Assembly (NCBI RefSeq): GCF_001194135.2
Contig: NC_068988.1
Coordinates: 69,040,560 to 69,104,559 of the forward strand
From: Octopus bimaculoides
Taxonomy: Eukaryota
Reading direction: 5' to 3'
Length of the DNA: 64,000 bases
This document shows, one piece after another, positions 1 through 12,599 of this stretch (the first letter of the stretch is position 1; each line of letters opens with the position of its first letter). A model generated the notes under the pieces. The model saw nothing but the letters and a program-made list of their open reading frames with translations, was not told the DNA's origin and ran no database searches. A program made the position numbers and the translations under genes.

Positions 1-980
1 ACAACACAGCCCTTGACTCACTCACACTCTGTCTCTTACAAACACGCACGCGCGCGCATACACACGTGTGTCTTTGTAAATATGTTTGTATACATTTATG
101 TATGTGTGTGTTTGTAAGAGACAGAGTGTGGGTGAGTCAAGGGGTGTGTGTGTGCGTGTGTATGTGATGAGACAGAGTGAGAGAGCGGTGTGTATGTAGT
201 ATTTACTCTCTCTGTCTCTCTCATACACACTCACGCACAAAATAGAGAGTGAAGCTTTTTGCCGTTGTTACGTCAATACCGGAAGTTGACATTGAGGAAC
301 CTTTTTAAAGAAGTGAATCTTAAATATAAAGCAATATTATTTATTTTTAATTAGAGATTTTAAAAAATTCAAATGAAGAGCCTAACATTTATCCGAGGTC
401 AAATTATTCACGCATCACAAGTATGGAAGCATTTGGTGAAGTCGATTACACACACATCTCTGTTTTATATATAGTATAAATTTACTCTCTCTCTCTCTCT
501 CATACACACGCACACACACACACACAAATATGCATGCATATTTATGCATGTACGTATACATGACAACAAACCTCTCTCTCACNNNNNNNNNNTCTCTCTC
601 TCTGTCACACACACACACACACACACACACACTTCTATTTCATCTGATGTGTGATACTCTGTGTGTGTGTGTGTGTGTGCTTTCGTGCGTGCGTGAGGGG
701 TTCCACAATCGCAATTTATTTCATTTATTCCTGTGAGGATATTCACGTAAATCATTTTTTTCATTTAAGCCACATTTTAATTTTCGTAAAAGTTTCCAAG
801 TACCAATGAGGCTTTTTGGCGCATCTTCAATTTTCCAATTCATGAGAGGTGTCCATTCATCATTCATCTGAGATTCCATCTACAGAATGTCCTCAGATTT
901 CTATACAGCATATTTTGCTTTTTTCCTTCCAGTATATAAGCAGCAATTTCATTCCCGGGCAACGCCGGGTTGCTCTGCTA

Positions 981-981
<1 letters not shown>
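1..981 (+). mobile_element. Non-autonomous Helitron-like element, 3' end (5' end probably outside the window)
   Basis: GC hairpin CCCGG-GCAACG-CCGGG at 954-969, then CTAG at 978-981 followed by T. This is the canonical Helitron 3' signature. The interior carries (CA)n/(CT)n/(GT)n tracts. Confidence 0.6.
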
Positions 982-1049
<68 letters not shown>

Positions 1050-1110
1050 GAGAGAGAAAGAGAGAGAAAGAGAGTTAGATAGGTAAATAGATAGATAGAT
1101 AGATAGATAT
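982..1110. repeat. Compound microsatellite (TA)n(GA)n(GATA)n
   Basis: Seen directly. Confidence 0.95.
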
Positions 1111-1149
1111 TATGATCATAATTTTCCAAAAATACAAATTATATCATCA

Positions 1150-2030
1150 ATTAAAAATACTTTTCAGAAAAATGTCTTCTTCAGTGGGGTACTTTAAATA
1201 CCAAAAGCAAATAGTTTTTTGGCAAAAAGTTAAGAAGAAATTCTGTATATGCTGTAATTAGCCTTGAATTCCTTAGGGTTCATTAGAATTGGGATCCCTA
1301 GGCTATACTACTAGATATTTGCCAAATGTGCTATGCAGTGAGTTTGAACTCTGAACCATATAGCTGCAAAGCAAGCTACTAACGCACATTACTGTGCTTC
1401 CAACTAGAAATCTTTGCATAATATTTTTGACATTTATAACAGAATACTGACCAAAACACAGAGTGTCAGCTATATATTCAAGATCAGGAAAATAGTTTCA
1501 AAAACTACCAACTATTGATAGGGTTATGTATGTAGATCAGTTCTTATGCCACAAGGATTTGGAGGAATCTGACATTTCAAGTCTGAATCTATGTTTGAGA
1601 GAAATATAGGTTTCAAATACTTGTCAATAGGATCCCTCACCGATTTCCTCAATCTTTGATTTTGTTACTGATAGAAGATATCTGGTAGATAGATCAATTG
1701 CTTTCTTTTTCATTGATTTTGGTTTGGTGGATGATGGCAATAAAGAAATAGTTTACTACATCATCCTAAAATATTTATTATGTAACACAAGCATTCTGAT
1801 TTGCACAGAAATTTACTCAATGTAATAAAGACATATTGTCATAAAAGAATTAATATACTGGACAATTTTATGACCTCTAACTATAACACCAATGGATTTG
1901 GCTCTAGTTTAGTCTTTACCCATCAATATCTTACTGATGCAGATGCCATACTTGATACTCATCTTTTAAATATGAATCTTTTATTCTTTATCACTCATCC
2001 TCTATCGCTACACTGAAGCCTTTCACAGCT
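1150..2030 (-). mobile_element. Highly degenerate Penelope-like element remnant
   Basis: Broken - strand peptides (SSTKPKSMKKKAI..LSTR; RDPIDKYLKP..CQIP..CG) resemble PLE RT thumb and GIY-YIG linker. A CTGAAGA..GAAA motif lies downstream at about 1160-1195. Confidence 0.3.
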
Positions 2031-2104
2031 AGTTGTTTCATTCTACTTTACACAATAAACTATTTCAATTATTTTGTCAACAACCATTCAATCAAACCTT
2101 ATTC

Positions 2105-2660
2105 ATCCTCATCATTATCACCATCATCCTCGTCGTTGTCATCATCATTTAATGTATATTCTCGAAGCTAGCATGGGTTGGACAGTTTGACCAGGGCTGG
2201 CAAGCTGGAAGGCTGCACCAGACTCTAGTCTGATTTAGTATGGTTTCTACGACTAGATGCCCTTCTTAAGACCAACCACTCCAAGAGTGTAATGGGTGCC
2301 ATTTGCACGACAGCAGTATCTGCCATGACTGTGATTTTGCTTGGTTTGATGGGTCTTCTTCTCAAGCATGACATAATGCCTAAGGTTTCAGTCATTGCTT
2401 CTGTGAGACTCAACACTCAAAAGAAGCTTAGCCACTTTACCTCCATTGAGGCCCAGCCCTTGGAAGGCGCTTTTTATGTACCACCAGCACAGGCGGCAGT
2501 TATGTAACACCAGCATCAACGGCAACTATGATATCATTTGGTTTAATGGGTCTTCTCTTGCATAGTATATCGCCAAAGGTCTCAGTCACTAGTCATTGCC
2601 TCTGTGAGGCCCAAAGTTTGAAGATCATGCTTCACCACTTCATCTTATGTCTTCAACACA
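2105..2660 (-). mobile_element. SINE/RTE-tail family E copy, internally duplicated and diverged
   Basis: (CAT)n tail plus gctagcatgggttggac and gatgcccttc motifs shared with 23737-23975 and 26400-26560. Confidence 0.6.
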
Positions 2661-3526
2661 AGAAAGTTTATAAAATTTTACTGATTTTCTTGTTGCAAAT
2701 TAATAGCTTATGCCATAAATATGTTTCACAATACATATCAAATCTTGTTTAATTATGATTGATAAAAGGATCAATTCTGGTTTCTAACAGGTAACCAGTT
2801 AAGAAACAGATGAGGGGGGGGGGGAACATGGTAAATTAGATAATGCATCATAGTTGATGAATAATGAGCTTGTAGCTGTAATTAGTGATTCATCATGTCC
2901 CAGCAACTTGATAGGAAAGAGAAAAGAATTTGTACTACAGAGCAATAAATGTAGGAAATCAAAAAGTAATTTAAAAATTAGCATTACTGAATACTCTGGG
3001 ATTTATTAAAGGAATCAATAATTTCAAGTGATAATTTCATAATTTTGTTATTTGGTTATTTTTTGTGAAATCTGCAAATAAACAATATTTTAAGAATAAT
3101 TGTGCAATGACTAACCCCTTCTCCATGGAACTTTTGTAGATTTAAAACGCATTTTTATCAAGTAATCCTGCAGTAACAGAGTGGATTTAATTTAACCAGA
3201 AGATGTTTGAATTAAACAAAGTTTAAACATATGTAGGTAATTCATTCCTATTTAAGCACATGAAAAGGCACAAACATTCACACACACACGCATATGTATA
3301 TGTTAACTAAGCTCACATGAATTTCCTAAGGTACAACTTCATTCATCGTATTGAGGCACTTATTCATGGCAAGTACTCAATATTAAATAGATATTAGCTT
3401 GCTGGGATTATGACCATTGATTATGTGAAATAAATAAGTGGACAGAGTAAGTCTTTAATATATCAATACATGTAAAAATAAGCATATATTTCCTTTACAA
3501 TGATCTTTTGGAGCTTTTCAACATAG

Positions 3527-3590
3527 AAGCAGATGGTTCCTATGAAGCTTTGCTATGCATAGCAGCCATCCATGAGATACTGAATATAAG
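3527..3590 (+). CDS. Candidate exon of unrecognised + strand gene: (E)ADGSYEALLCIAAIHEILNI(R), phase 1 to 2
   Basis: cttttcaacatag acceptor, AG|gtaacc donor, open frame, higher GC than flanks. Confidence 0.35.
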
Positions 3591-4100
3591 GTAACCTGAG
3601 CACAAAAGGGGACCAAAGAAAGCATGCTTAAGTACAATCAAACAAATCCTGCTTTATATATAGACTAACACATATGAAAACACCTCAATGAGTGGTAAAT
3701 GCAGATAGCAATTTGTTTATTTTCCTTCAACATAGAAAATTTTCCAAGCTATTCAGTTAATATCAAGATATCTAAAACTTTAATGTATAAGATTTTTGAT
3801 TGCCTCATAAATGATTAAAAATTACTACAAAAATATTTTCAGTTACACTTAAATTAAAATTCAATAAAGACTATCAAACAAACGATGTAAAAACAGTGTT
3901 CCTTTCCTCCCTAATTAGATTGCCCTGCAGAGTATTATCTACTGAAAGACGACTAACATACTAAAGAAGCAGTAACAAAAGAGTATATTCAGTGACAGTG
4001 GGAAAAATTTGCTGATGACATTTTCTTAATTTATATCACAAAAGTTGAGATTAATTGTCTGAATAAACTAGATATTACACAACCAGTATTTAGCTCATAG

Positions 4101-4117
4101 GCTCACATCCACAGTAG
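4101..4117 (+). CDS. Candidate 17-nt microexon (R)LTSTV(E), phase 2 to 1
   Basis: ctcatag acceptor and AG|gtattt donor. Chosen because it bridges the phases of 3527-3590 and 6637-6707. Confidence 0.2.
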
Positions 4118-6284
4118 GTATTTGACTGTGTTTCACTTTTGGTAAAATCATATGATTCTAAATTTATTTGATTACATTTGTCTGAATTTTCATAACAACA
4201 CACTTATTGCTGGCTCGGTGCAAAACATGAATATTGTAATCCAAGCATCTTTTAAACTTCCAATGGTATCTTCATGCATATATTATATATTTTAGATGTC
4301 ATCATACCCAGGGAGGACTTCAAACTGCATCCAGTAGTGCATCCATGGTTCAGGAGTTCCAGAGTTTTGAGAAGTATGGAACCACTTCTTAGCCACTATT
4401 TTCCCCAGGTCTATTCTGACCCAGAGTAGTAGTACCTATCAGGATGCCAGCTATGGATTAAACAGCATTATCCAATGGAGCCAAGGTACATTAAAATCAG
4501 AGGATGCAGCATGGTAGATGTGAACTACTTTGGCAAATAAATCTTGCTGAGTCAATGGCAAATATCACTAGTTGCTGAGTGGATGAATGGCCAGTATCAC
4601 CCTGTTCAGTTAGTGAACTGCTGCTATTCATCCATAGTAATTGCATGTGCAGATGAAATATTTCTGCTAGTGAAAGACCAATGTGACAAAAATCCAGATC
4701 AGATATTCATACCACAGTCCTCAATTAAGACATCTGGTGAGGAAGAGTTGCATCAATGAGAGGAAGCTAACAATCCAACCCTTGCAGGTATGGACTGAAT
4801 GGATAACTAAACAGAGTCTGTACCTCCTACTGCTATTAAGGTAAAGTTTTCTCTTTTCTAGTAGCTTCCACTAGATGCCATCTTTCAGTATCCATATATG
4901 CTTCACTAATGATGCGTTATTACATCTCACCATTACTAGTTCTCTGATCTTAAACTTAGACATTTAATATTCTTGCAGAATATGTATTTGATTTAAAATC
5001 TAAAAACATAAATTATATGGTATGAAGCATTATAAATTCAATCAAACTATGTCAAAGAGAGAGGAAAGACTAATGTTGATCTACACATGAAGAACTTGAG
5101 TTGTTTCAGAGGCGATTGACATCCTTAATTAAATGAAATGATTTCAATGCTGCAATACACAGAAAGTGTAACTGTAACTGTGATAATAATAGCATAAGAG
5201 AATGTCTGAATGAAGTATATTACATATAACCATAATGATAGAAACAGAGGCATATATATTTACAAATGAACTTGTCTAAATCTGCTTATAAATATTAAGA
5301 ACATTCATTTTATATTAATATAGTTCTATTATAATATTAAAATGTTTTACAAGTAATAATTCCTTATTGATAATTTCATTCAACACATTATTCATTAATA
5401 ATTTAATTCATTTTCTTACTCATTCTAACTATCTTGAGTTTTTATATTGTTTTCAACTAAGAATATAATATTATATTCCAGCCAATTATTCACATAAAGG
5501 TTTGTGCAATTGCATGTAACCTAATCTAAAATCTACTTACAAATAATTATGACATTAATAAAATTATTAATTCTAAGGTTTACATACAACAGTTCCATAT
5601 TTTTTAAACTCAATATTACTAAATTCACTTAGGTTATCATGCTTACAATAATCTAATCAATTGATCAAGCTTATTCAATTACTTTAATTTACTAAACACA
5701 TCTTACATTGACTGTTACTAAGTATGATTAGGATAATTATTATAAACATTAATCTGAACTACAATATTTGCTATTTTGTTGTATTGTATTATTTGCATCA
5801 ACACTTGATCATGTCATTTTATCATGTTCCATGAAAATGTCTATATCAATTGCAACTTGATTGTTAATTGTCTATAAAATGTGGTTCATTCATAGTTATG
5901 CTAAACAGTCTTGGCATTCCTCACATATATAATGCATCAACATATTTAGTCATAACTGAGCATGAACTTGTGTGTGTGTTTGTGTACATACAAACAAATA
6001 AGCAATGTATTAATGTGTATATATGTCTACAGAGATGCATTTTATAGTGTATGAACGTATGAGTATGTGTATATAAGCGTACCAAGATACACAGATTGCA
6101 TCAGTTATTTGAGAACAAAATTTTAATTTTAAACAAAACAATTTATTAAATAAAACAATATATCTTTATAGAATTTGGTACACATGTTCTTACAAAGATA
6201 TAGCAAAAGGTATAGCTTTAGTCTGAATGATAAACTCAGGACATTACAGATGTTGGTCACAATTTGTTGTCAATATTCTTACAA

Positions 6285-6484
6285 CACAGGGTGGCAAGCT
6301 GGCAGAAACGTTAGCACCCGGGCGAAATGCTTAGTAGTATTTCATCTGTCTTTACATTCTGAGTTCAAATTCCACCAAGGTTGATTTTGCCTTTCATCCT
6401 TTCGTGGGGTGGGATGATAAATTAAGTACCAGTTGCATGCTGGAGTCGATCTAATTGACTGGCCTTGTACCTAGAGCAGAAAAG
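6285..6484 (+). mobile_element. SINE family B copy with 13-bp TSD
   Basis: ggcaagctggcag head and gcctttcatccttt..taagtaccag core. aatattcttacaa is repeated at 6272-6284 and 6485-6497. Confidence 0.85.
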
Positions 6485-6636
6485 AATATTCTTACAAGAC
6501 CCAACTTCAGAAAGTATATTATAACACTTTGCTTCTTGACCTAATATCAATTTTTAAAATTCTTTTCCCTCTTTATATCTACAATCCTTTTGACATTCAG
6601 TTTTTTCTCTCCTTTTTTTCTTTTATTTCCCCCTAG

Positions 6637-6707
6637 AATATTCAAACTATATTAAAGTCGGTTTGAACAGAGACATATTTCCAATTTTTTCTGACAATAT
6701 GATGCAT
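6637..6707 (+). CDS. Candidate exon (E)YSNYIKVGLNRDIFPIFSDNMMH, phase 1 to 0
   Basis: Long pyrimidine tract ending cccctag, perfect |gtaagt donor, only one open frame. Confidence 0.6.
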
Positions 6708-6899
6708 GTAAGTTATATAATTATGATTACATAATTATAATTGTTGTTGAAATGTTATGCAACAATTTTGAAACAACTGTAGAAGTATTTATTCAGAATA
6801 CCACTGATAATGTTTTCTGTTCATTTAAATATATTATACTGTTCAGTTTTTATAGCCTGTTCTGCCCAATATATAGCCTTGTATATAAATATCTACTTT

Positions 6900-7022
6900 T
6901 CAAACAATTTTTTGAAGTTCAATATGTAATAGAATGCTCTCAAATATATCTGGTTATTTATCCTGCTTCAGCACTACATCATAAAGAGAAAATATACTCA
7001 CACATACACACACGCACACACA

Positions 7023-7078
<56 letters not shown>

Positions 7079-7342
7079 GAACAATAATTAAGGAGAACAC
7101 TGGTGGAACAAGATTTAACGAATACATTACTATCTTAACACTTTAATGGAAAAAGAATGCGTCTCAACGTTTTGGATATTAGTCCTTCATCAGAAGGAAA
7201 GTGAAAGGCATAGGAGCAATGAGAGAGAAATACTCACAAAAAATAAAGAGCAATTTTTTAAAGTAATATATATAATATATGCTCTCAAATATATCTGGTT
7301 ATTTATCCTGCTTCAGCACTACATCATAAAGTGAAAATATAC
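6900..7342. repeat. ~100-bp direct repeat (345-bp spacing) enclosing (CA)n and a PLE hammerhead-like remnant
   Basis: 53 identical bp at 6934-6986 and 7279-7331. The - strand has CTGATGA-AGGA-ctaata-TCC-AAAACG at about 7165-7195. Confidence 0.7.
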
Positions 7343-8113
7343 AGGCATACTTACACACACACACAAATGCAAATGCGTGTGTGCATACAAGAAGATAGGA
7401 TAGGGTGTGTGAGTATATGCAAATATTGGAGAGTATATGTGTCTGTGAGTGGCATAATGGGAAGTGGATTATGTGTGTGTATGTGTGTAGTTTTGTGGGG
7501 TGTGTCTATGCCTGTTGAAGTGTGGAAGTATAGTCGAGCAGGTAAGTTAAGATGTGCTGCTGGTGTATATATGTAAGATTTAAGTGAGTAGTAAGCAAGT
7601 GTGAATGTGAAGTGATAAGACCAGGTGCAAGTGAGAGTGGGGGAAATGATGTGAGGGAAACGGAAAGTTAGAAGAATGTGAAAGCTATGATAGCTGTATA
7701 TGCAAGTGTATGAGTGTGAAACATATAAGCACAGAAGAATTGTTTAAACCAAAGTAAACAATAGAAAAGAAAGGTATTAATACTGTGCAAAGACAAAATG
7801 TGAAAGGAAATGATCAAAATATTTTCAGTGCAAAACACTAATAAAATGCCCATTGAGATTTGATGGAGTGCTCAAAGTATATTAAAGAACTGAGGAAATC
7901 TACAGAAATATAAATTGATAACAGTGATGAGGATCTGGTAAAGTCCATGGAGGAGAAATAGTTGTATCTGTATTGAACATGTTAAAATATCTGAAATGAT
8001 GAGGTTGCATGCTTGTCCTAAATGCACATCAACAGATTTGAATGCACACATGCTAGTCACATACAGATCACACTGTACACAGTGCAAAAGAATGTCTTTT
8101 TATCCACTGGCAG

Positions 8114-8237
8114 ACATCATCACTGATTGACAAACAGTTCAGTCCATTCACTGTAATTATAAATAAAGCTAGTGGCTTGCTTAGGCTCAAAGAACTGGTT
8201 ACTTCTGGCAAACAAGACTTAGCATATGAGAACACTG
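8114..8237 (+). CDS. Candidate exon TSSLIDKQFSPFTVIINKASGLLRLKELVTSGKQDLAYENT, phase 0 to 1
   Basis: tctttttatccactggcag acceptor, G|gtattc donor, 41 open codons, phase-compatible with both neighbours. Confidence 0.5.
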
Positions 8238-8457
8238 GTATTCCAGAATTCTTTGTACCAATGAGCTGAGTTTATTATGAATATCTTGTCACATAAAAGG
8301 GTGAAGTCATTCTCCTGTGATGTACACAACAGCAATTATTAACATTTGAATCTGCTGGAACATATTTAGAATGAATAGGCAAATTCATTAATTGTACATA
8401 TCTATGTGTGTATATACATGCATATACATATGTGTGTGTGTGTGTGTGTGTGTGCAT

Positions 8458-8842
8458 GATGTTGTTGGCACTCCGTCGCTTACGACGTCGAGGGTTCCAG
8501 TTGATCCGATCAACGGAACAGCCTGCTCGGGAAATTAACATGCAAGTGGCTGAGCACTCCACAGACACGTGTACCCTTAACGTAGTTCTCGGGGATATTC
8601 AGTGTGACACAGTGTGACAAGGCTGACCCTTTGAATTACAGGCACAACAGAAACAGGAAGTAAGAGTGAGAGAAAGTTGTGGTGAAAGAGTACAGTAGGG
8701 TTCGCCACCATCCCCTGCCAGAGCCTCATGGAGCTTTAGGTGTTTTCGCTCAATAAACACTCGCAACGCCTGGTCTGGGAATTGAAACCGCGATCCTATG
8801 ACCGCGAGTCCGCTGCCCTAACCACTGGGCCATTGTGCCTCC
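8458..8842 (-). mobile_element. tRNA-derived SINE family C, full length, 37-bp flanking direct repeat
   Basis: tRNA-like head (ggcacaatggcccagtggttag..ggtttcaattcc). Same family as 51181-51500 and 52850-53203. Identical 37-mer at 8396-8432 and 8843-8879. Confidence 0.85.
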
Positions 8843-9066
8843 ACATATCTATGTGTGTATATACATGCATATACATATGAGTGAGTGTGAGTGTGTGTGT
8901 ATGTGTGTGTGTGTACATATACATATTATATACTTGAATCTTTGTACACATATTTCCTTTCAACTATTTCTCTGTATGGTGTTGATAATTTCTGCACACT
9001 GAATCTTTCTATGCGACTTCAATAATACTGATTGATTTTTACATCTGAATTAATATTTGTTGGCAG

Positions 9067-9155
9067 ATGCACATGGTGTTGTAGACTATTCTGACTTTGC
9101 ACCAGCGCTGCATATACCAGAAACTTCAGGAACAAACTTGACTTTGGAATTTTGA
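9067..9155 (+). CDS. Candidate alternative terminal exon (D)AHGVVDYSDFAPALHIPETSGTNLTLEF*
   Basis: Long AG-free pyrimidine-rich zone ending ttgttggcag. Phase-1 start matches the 8237 donor. Ends in TGA. Confidence 0.4.
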
Positions 9156-9388
9156 CAGTTAGCACAACCAATTTCATACACTTGAATATGCAAAATAGCA
9201 AAAAATTTATAACTCAATTTTTCTGAAGTTGCACTCATATTCAGCATAACAATGCTGTACATAGCACACATGTACATATATTCACACATAAATACATACG
9301 TGCAAGCATAACTATATATATATAACTACACACACATATATACAGACGCATGCATACATTTATGCATGCACACACTCATATATACACA

Positions 9389-9428
<40 letters not shown>

Positions 9429-9458
9429 CATGTGTGNNNNNNNNNNCATATATACACA

Positions 9459-9498
<40 letters not shown>

Positions 9499-9934
9499 CA
9501 TGTGTGTGTGTGCTTCATAGGAACAAATCGATTCTTCAGTTTGATATGGTAATAGTCTGAATGTAAGAACATGGCAAATGTCAAAAACAGATGCTATTTA
9601 TATTTGATATGGCCAGGTGATAACCTCAGGTGAATGGTTATTATATTCTCAGAGAATATATGAACTGTTTAAGTAATCGGAGTGTAATTCCTGGAAAGTT
9701 TACATGACTGTGATGTAATTTTCTTTCGAAAGTTCTTCTGGCAGCTCTGATATCACTACTATTATTCATCTCACTTCTGCAGTTTTGTTGTAGTTAAAGA
9801 GTATACTGAGCATTCTATTAGTTAATGACCTGAGTATTGTATCAAAAGTGTCCAACTCTTTTGATAAATTAATCTTTGCAAATACTTTGACAAAAGATAA
9901 TACATTTTGTCTCCTACTCAGAGGCAAGTGTAAG

Positions 9935-10322
9935 CTTACATTATATTATTGTCTCTGCTAAACTACATTATATTAGTGATTATAGTACACTATATTATAT
10001 TAGTGACTACACCAACATACATTATCATTGACAACACCAGAATATATTATATTAGTGACTACAATAAACTATATTGTACTAGTTACAGCACCAGACTATA
10101 TCATATTAGTGACTAGATCAAGCTACATAATGGTAGTGACAACAACAAACTATATTATATCAGTAACTACAGTAGACTATATCCTGCTAGTGACAACACC
10201 ACAATATATTATATTAGTGACCTTGTCACTAACATAATATACTACATTACATCCTTCACTACAGTATACTATATTGTATTAGTCGCCACACCAAACTACA
10301 TTATTTTGGTGATTACACCAAT
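9935..10322 (+). repeat. Diverged 27-bp minisatellite, about 13 units (consensus TATATTATATTAGTGACTACACCAAAC)
   Basis: Units aligned by eye. Gives the 9-aa YIILVTTPx periodicity of ORF 10028-10237. Confidence 0.85.
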
Positions 10323-10695
10323 CTCATTTTAAATATTCTCCAGGCAGTGTGTACTATTTTCTTCTTATTTCCTTAACACAACTATTTTTTTTTATTTCAA
10401 TAGTATGTTTTCTCCAGTAATTAAGAAAGTAGCTCTTAAATATGTGGTGTTTTTTTTTCTCTTCATAACCTGAAGACAGTAAATAATAAATTCAATCATG
10501 ATGCTGGTGTTTGGAATAATTTGTTCTTACATGAAGTTATGATAAAAGGTTTTAATTAAATATGAACAATTAAAAACAACTACGTGTTTTGATAGAGTCT
10601 GATATAGTCTTTGATGGATTGGTATAAAGAGAGACTTAAACAAGTAAATCATGTGTTTATATAAAAATGATTGTTACGCCTTTATTTATAAACAG

Positions 10696-10729
10696 CACTT
10701 TTAGTGGAGAAATCTGAAATCTTTTCCAG
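10696..10729 (+). CDS. Candidate 34-nt exon (A)LLVEKSEIFS(R), phase 1 to 2
   Basis: tttatttataaacag acceptor, CAG|gtcagt donor, single open frame. Confidence 0.5.
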
Positions 10730-11634
10730 GTCAGTATGATTTCTCTAGACATTTAAACAAATAATTTTGTCGTTTTTCCCTCTCTGCTTACACTCACTTT
10801 ACTAAACATTTTATGAAATTTTTTAAAAAATCATTTACGACATAGTTCATGAAGATGATGATGCAAGCTAGACAAAAATTGGCAAAAAACGATAAATAAA
10901 AAATAATTTTTTCTGTGAAGTTATTAGTCACATCTCCACTCCCAGTATGAAATAATAAAAGTGTTTGTCAAGAAGAACAGCCAGCAATATCTGCTACATC
11001 AATCACTTAGTCTCATAAGTTTCTATTCTCATACACCACATCCTCACCATAAATTGATGGCTAGAGAGCAGCTGTCTAGAAAAAAAAAAGGGGTTTAACC
11101 ACAAATGACTCATATTTACTCATTTTCTGCTCCTCTGCATTGTGAAGAGCAGCTCCCATGTATATGTCTGAAGTAACATGGATGGTTCTAAAGAATGTGT
11201 TGCAGCATGGAGCACTCCATGTCCTGACACATAGCATCCTTGATAAGAAACAACCCATACTCAAGCGAAATTGAGTTTTCTCTTTGCCAGATGGATGCCA
11301 TTGCTATAATAGTGGTCAATAAAGCCCATCTGTAGTATGAATGAACTGCTTATGGTATCAGCAAGACATTATATTTATACATTATGGGAATCTATTTTCG
11401 AGAAACCAAATCTGAATCAGTACCACAGAAATTGATTTAGCAAAGGTTTTATCATCATCCAGTTGAAATATATGGAGTTAACACATTTATAATTTAGTAC
11501 TGGTTGTACTTTTTGTTATAAGTAGTAGATCAAGATGAAGCACCTAGCCATTTTTTATATTAGTGTGATCTGTTTGGCTATATTAGACTCTGTTTCATAT
11601 AGTTAAATATATCTGGTATCATTATCTTTTGTTT

Positions 11635-11800
11635 CTATCATTAGACTGCAGCCATGCAGGAACACCACCTTGAAAGATTTAGACAAACAAATCAACCCTT
11701 GTACTCATTTTTTAAGCTTGATACTTATTCTGTATGTATGTCAAACCATTAAATTATGGAGATGTAAACAAACCAACACCAGTTGTCAAGTGTGGTGGGA
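11635..11800 (-). mobile_element. SINE family A, 3' fragment
   Basis: gactgcagccatgc..aacaccacc and taaacaaaccaacaccagttgtcaag match other family A copies. Confidence 0.6.
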
Positions 11801-12474
11801 GAAAAATACAAGCACGTGCACACATACGCATATACCAGCCAAATCTTGCTGTCACAATATATAGAATATCACCTCTCACCAAAAAAGTGCAGTGCACTGA
11901 AATAAACAGTCTAGCAGTTTCGACATCCATACCAGATGTTTCTCATCTACTACAATATGTCTGTGCTTTTATACTCCATGCATCTATATGAGACGACCTT
12001 TCAAGGCAAATACTACAGTATTCGGCATTCTAAGAAGACATCCACATTAAGTTAGGTATGAAGATTGTCTTTTGGTACTAATACTACTTCCATAACTAAT
12101 AGTTATATTTCAATAAGCCTGATGGCTCTTTGTAACATCAGTGACTCGAAAGACACTGATATATCACGACAGGAAGATTTAGTTGGTATGTGATCACCAG
12201 ATACCTACCTCTGAAACCCTATGATCTGGCAGCTCCAGCACCCATATCAAATGATTCTCATCTACTACAAAATATGTCTGTGCTTTTATGCCCCATGCTT
12301 TTCTATGAGTGGACCACTTGTGGTGAATAATGCAGTGTTCAACATTCTGTCAAGACAACCATATTGGATATGTATAAACACATGTATGTAGATATATATG
12401 CACACATATATATGTACACACATACAGCATACATACATATACACATAACCTATCCTATTATGTTGGCATTAATG

Positions 12475-12599
12475 CAGGGACATGTTAAAAGCATTATAGG
12501 CCCCGGGACAAATCAATATACTGGGCCCCATCGTATTTATTTACTGATAGCAAATCCCTGGACAACTGCCCACTGTACTCCGTATATAAGAGAGCGCTG
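12475..12599. mobile_element. Old hAT-like MITE
   Basis: CAG..CTG ends and internal gggcccc motifs. The 8-bp flanks cattaatg and tgttaatg both derive from cgttaatg by CpG decay. Confidence 0.45.

Noticed and set aside
22-1129. ORF-track ORFs rich in HT/CV/ER/YI, here and throughout the window (e.g. 13029, 15924, 26880, 31599, 47027, 56121)
   Set aside because: Translations of microsatellites or N-gaps.
4979-5019. Exon-like cttgcag|..ATG|gtatga (EYVFDLKSKNINYM)
   Set aside because: Extremely AT-rich, and its phase-0 end conflicts with the 6637 exon.
7945-8130. Open frame with CPKC..HCTQC resembling a zinc ribbon
   Set aside because: No credible splice sites or transposase context. It overlaps the acceptor of the better-supported 8114 exon in another frame.
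8770-8842. tRNA-like sequences (also 31461-31535 and 53130-53203)
   Set aside because: They are SINE heads continuing into SINE bodies, with no complete cloverleaf.
11050-11400. - strand peptide GAALHNAEEQKMSKYES resembling a CRE/R2 endonuclease end
   Set aside because: Too short and degenerate to classify.
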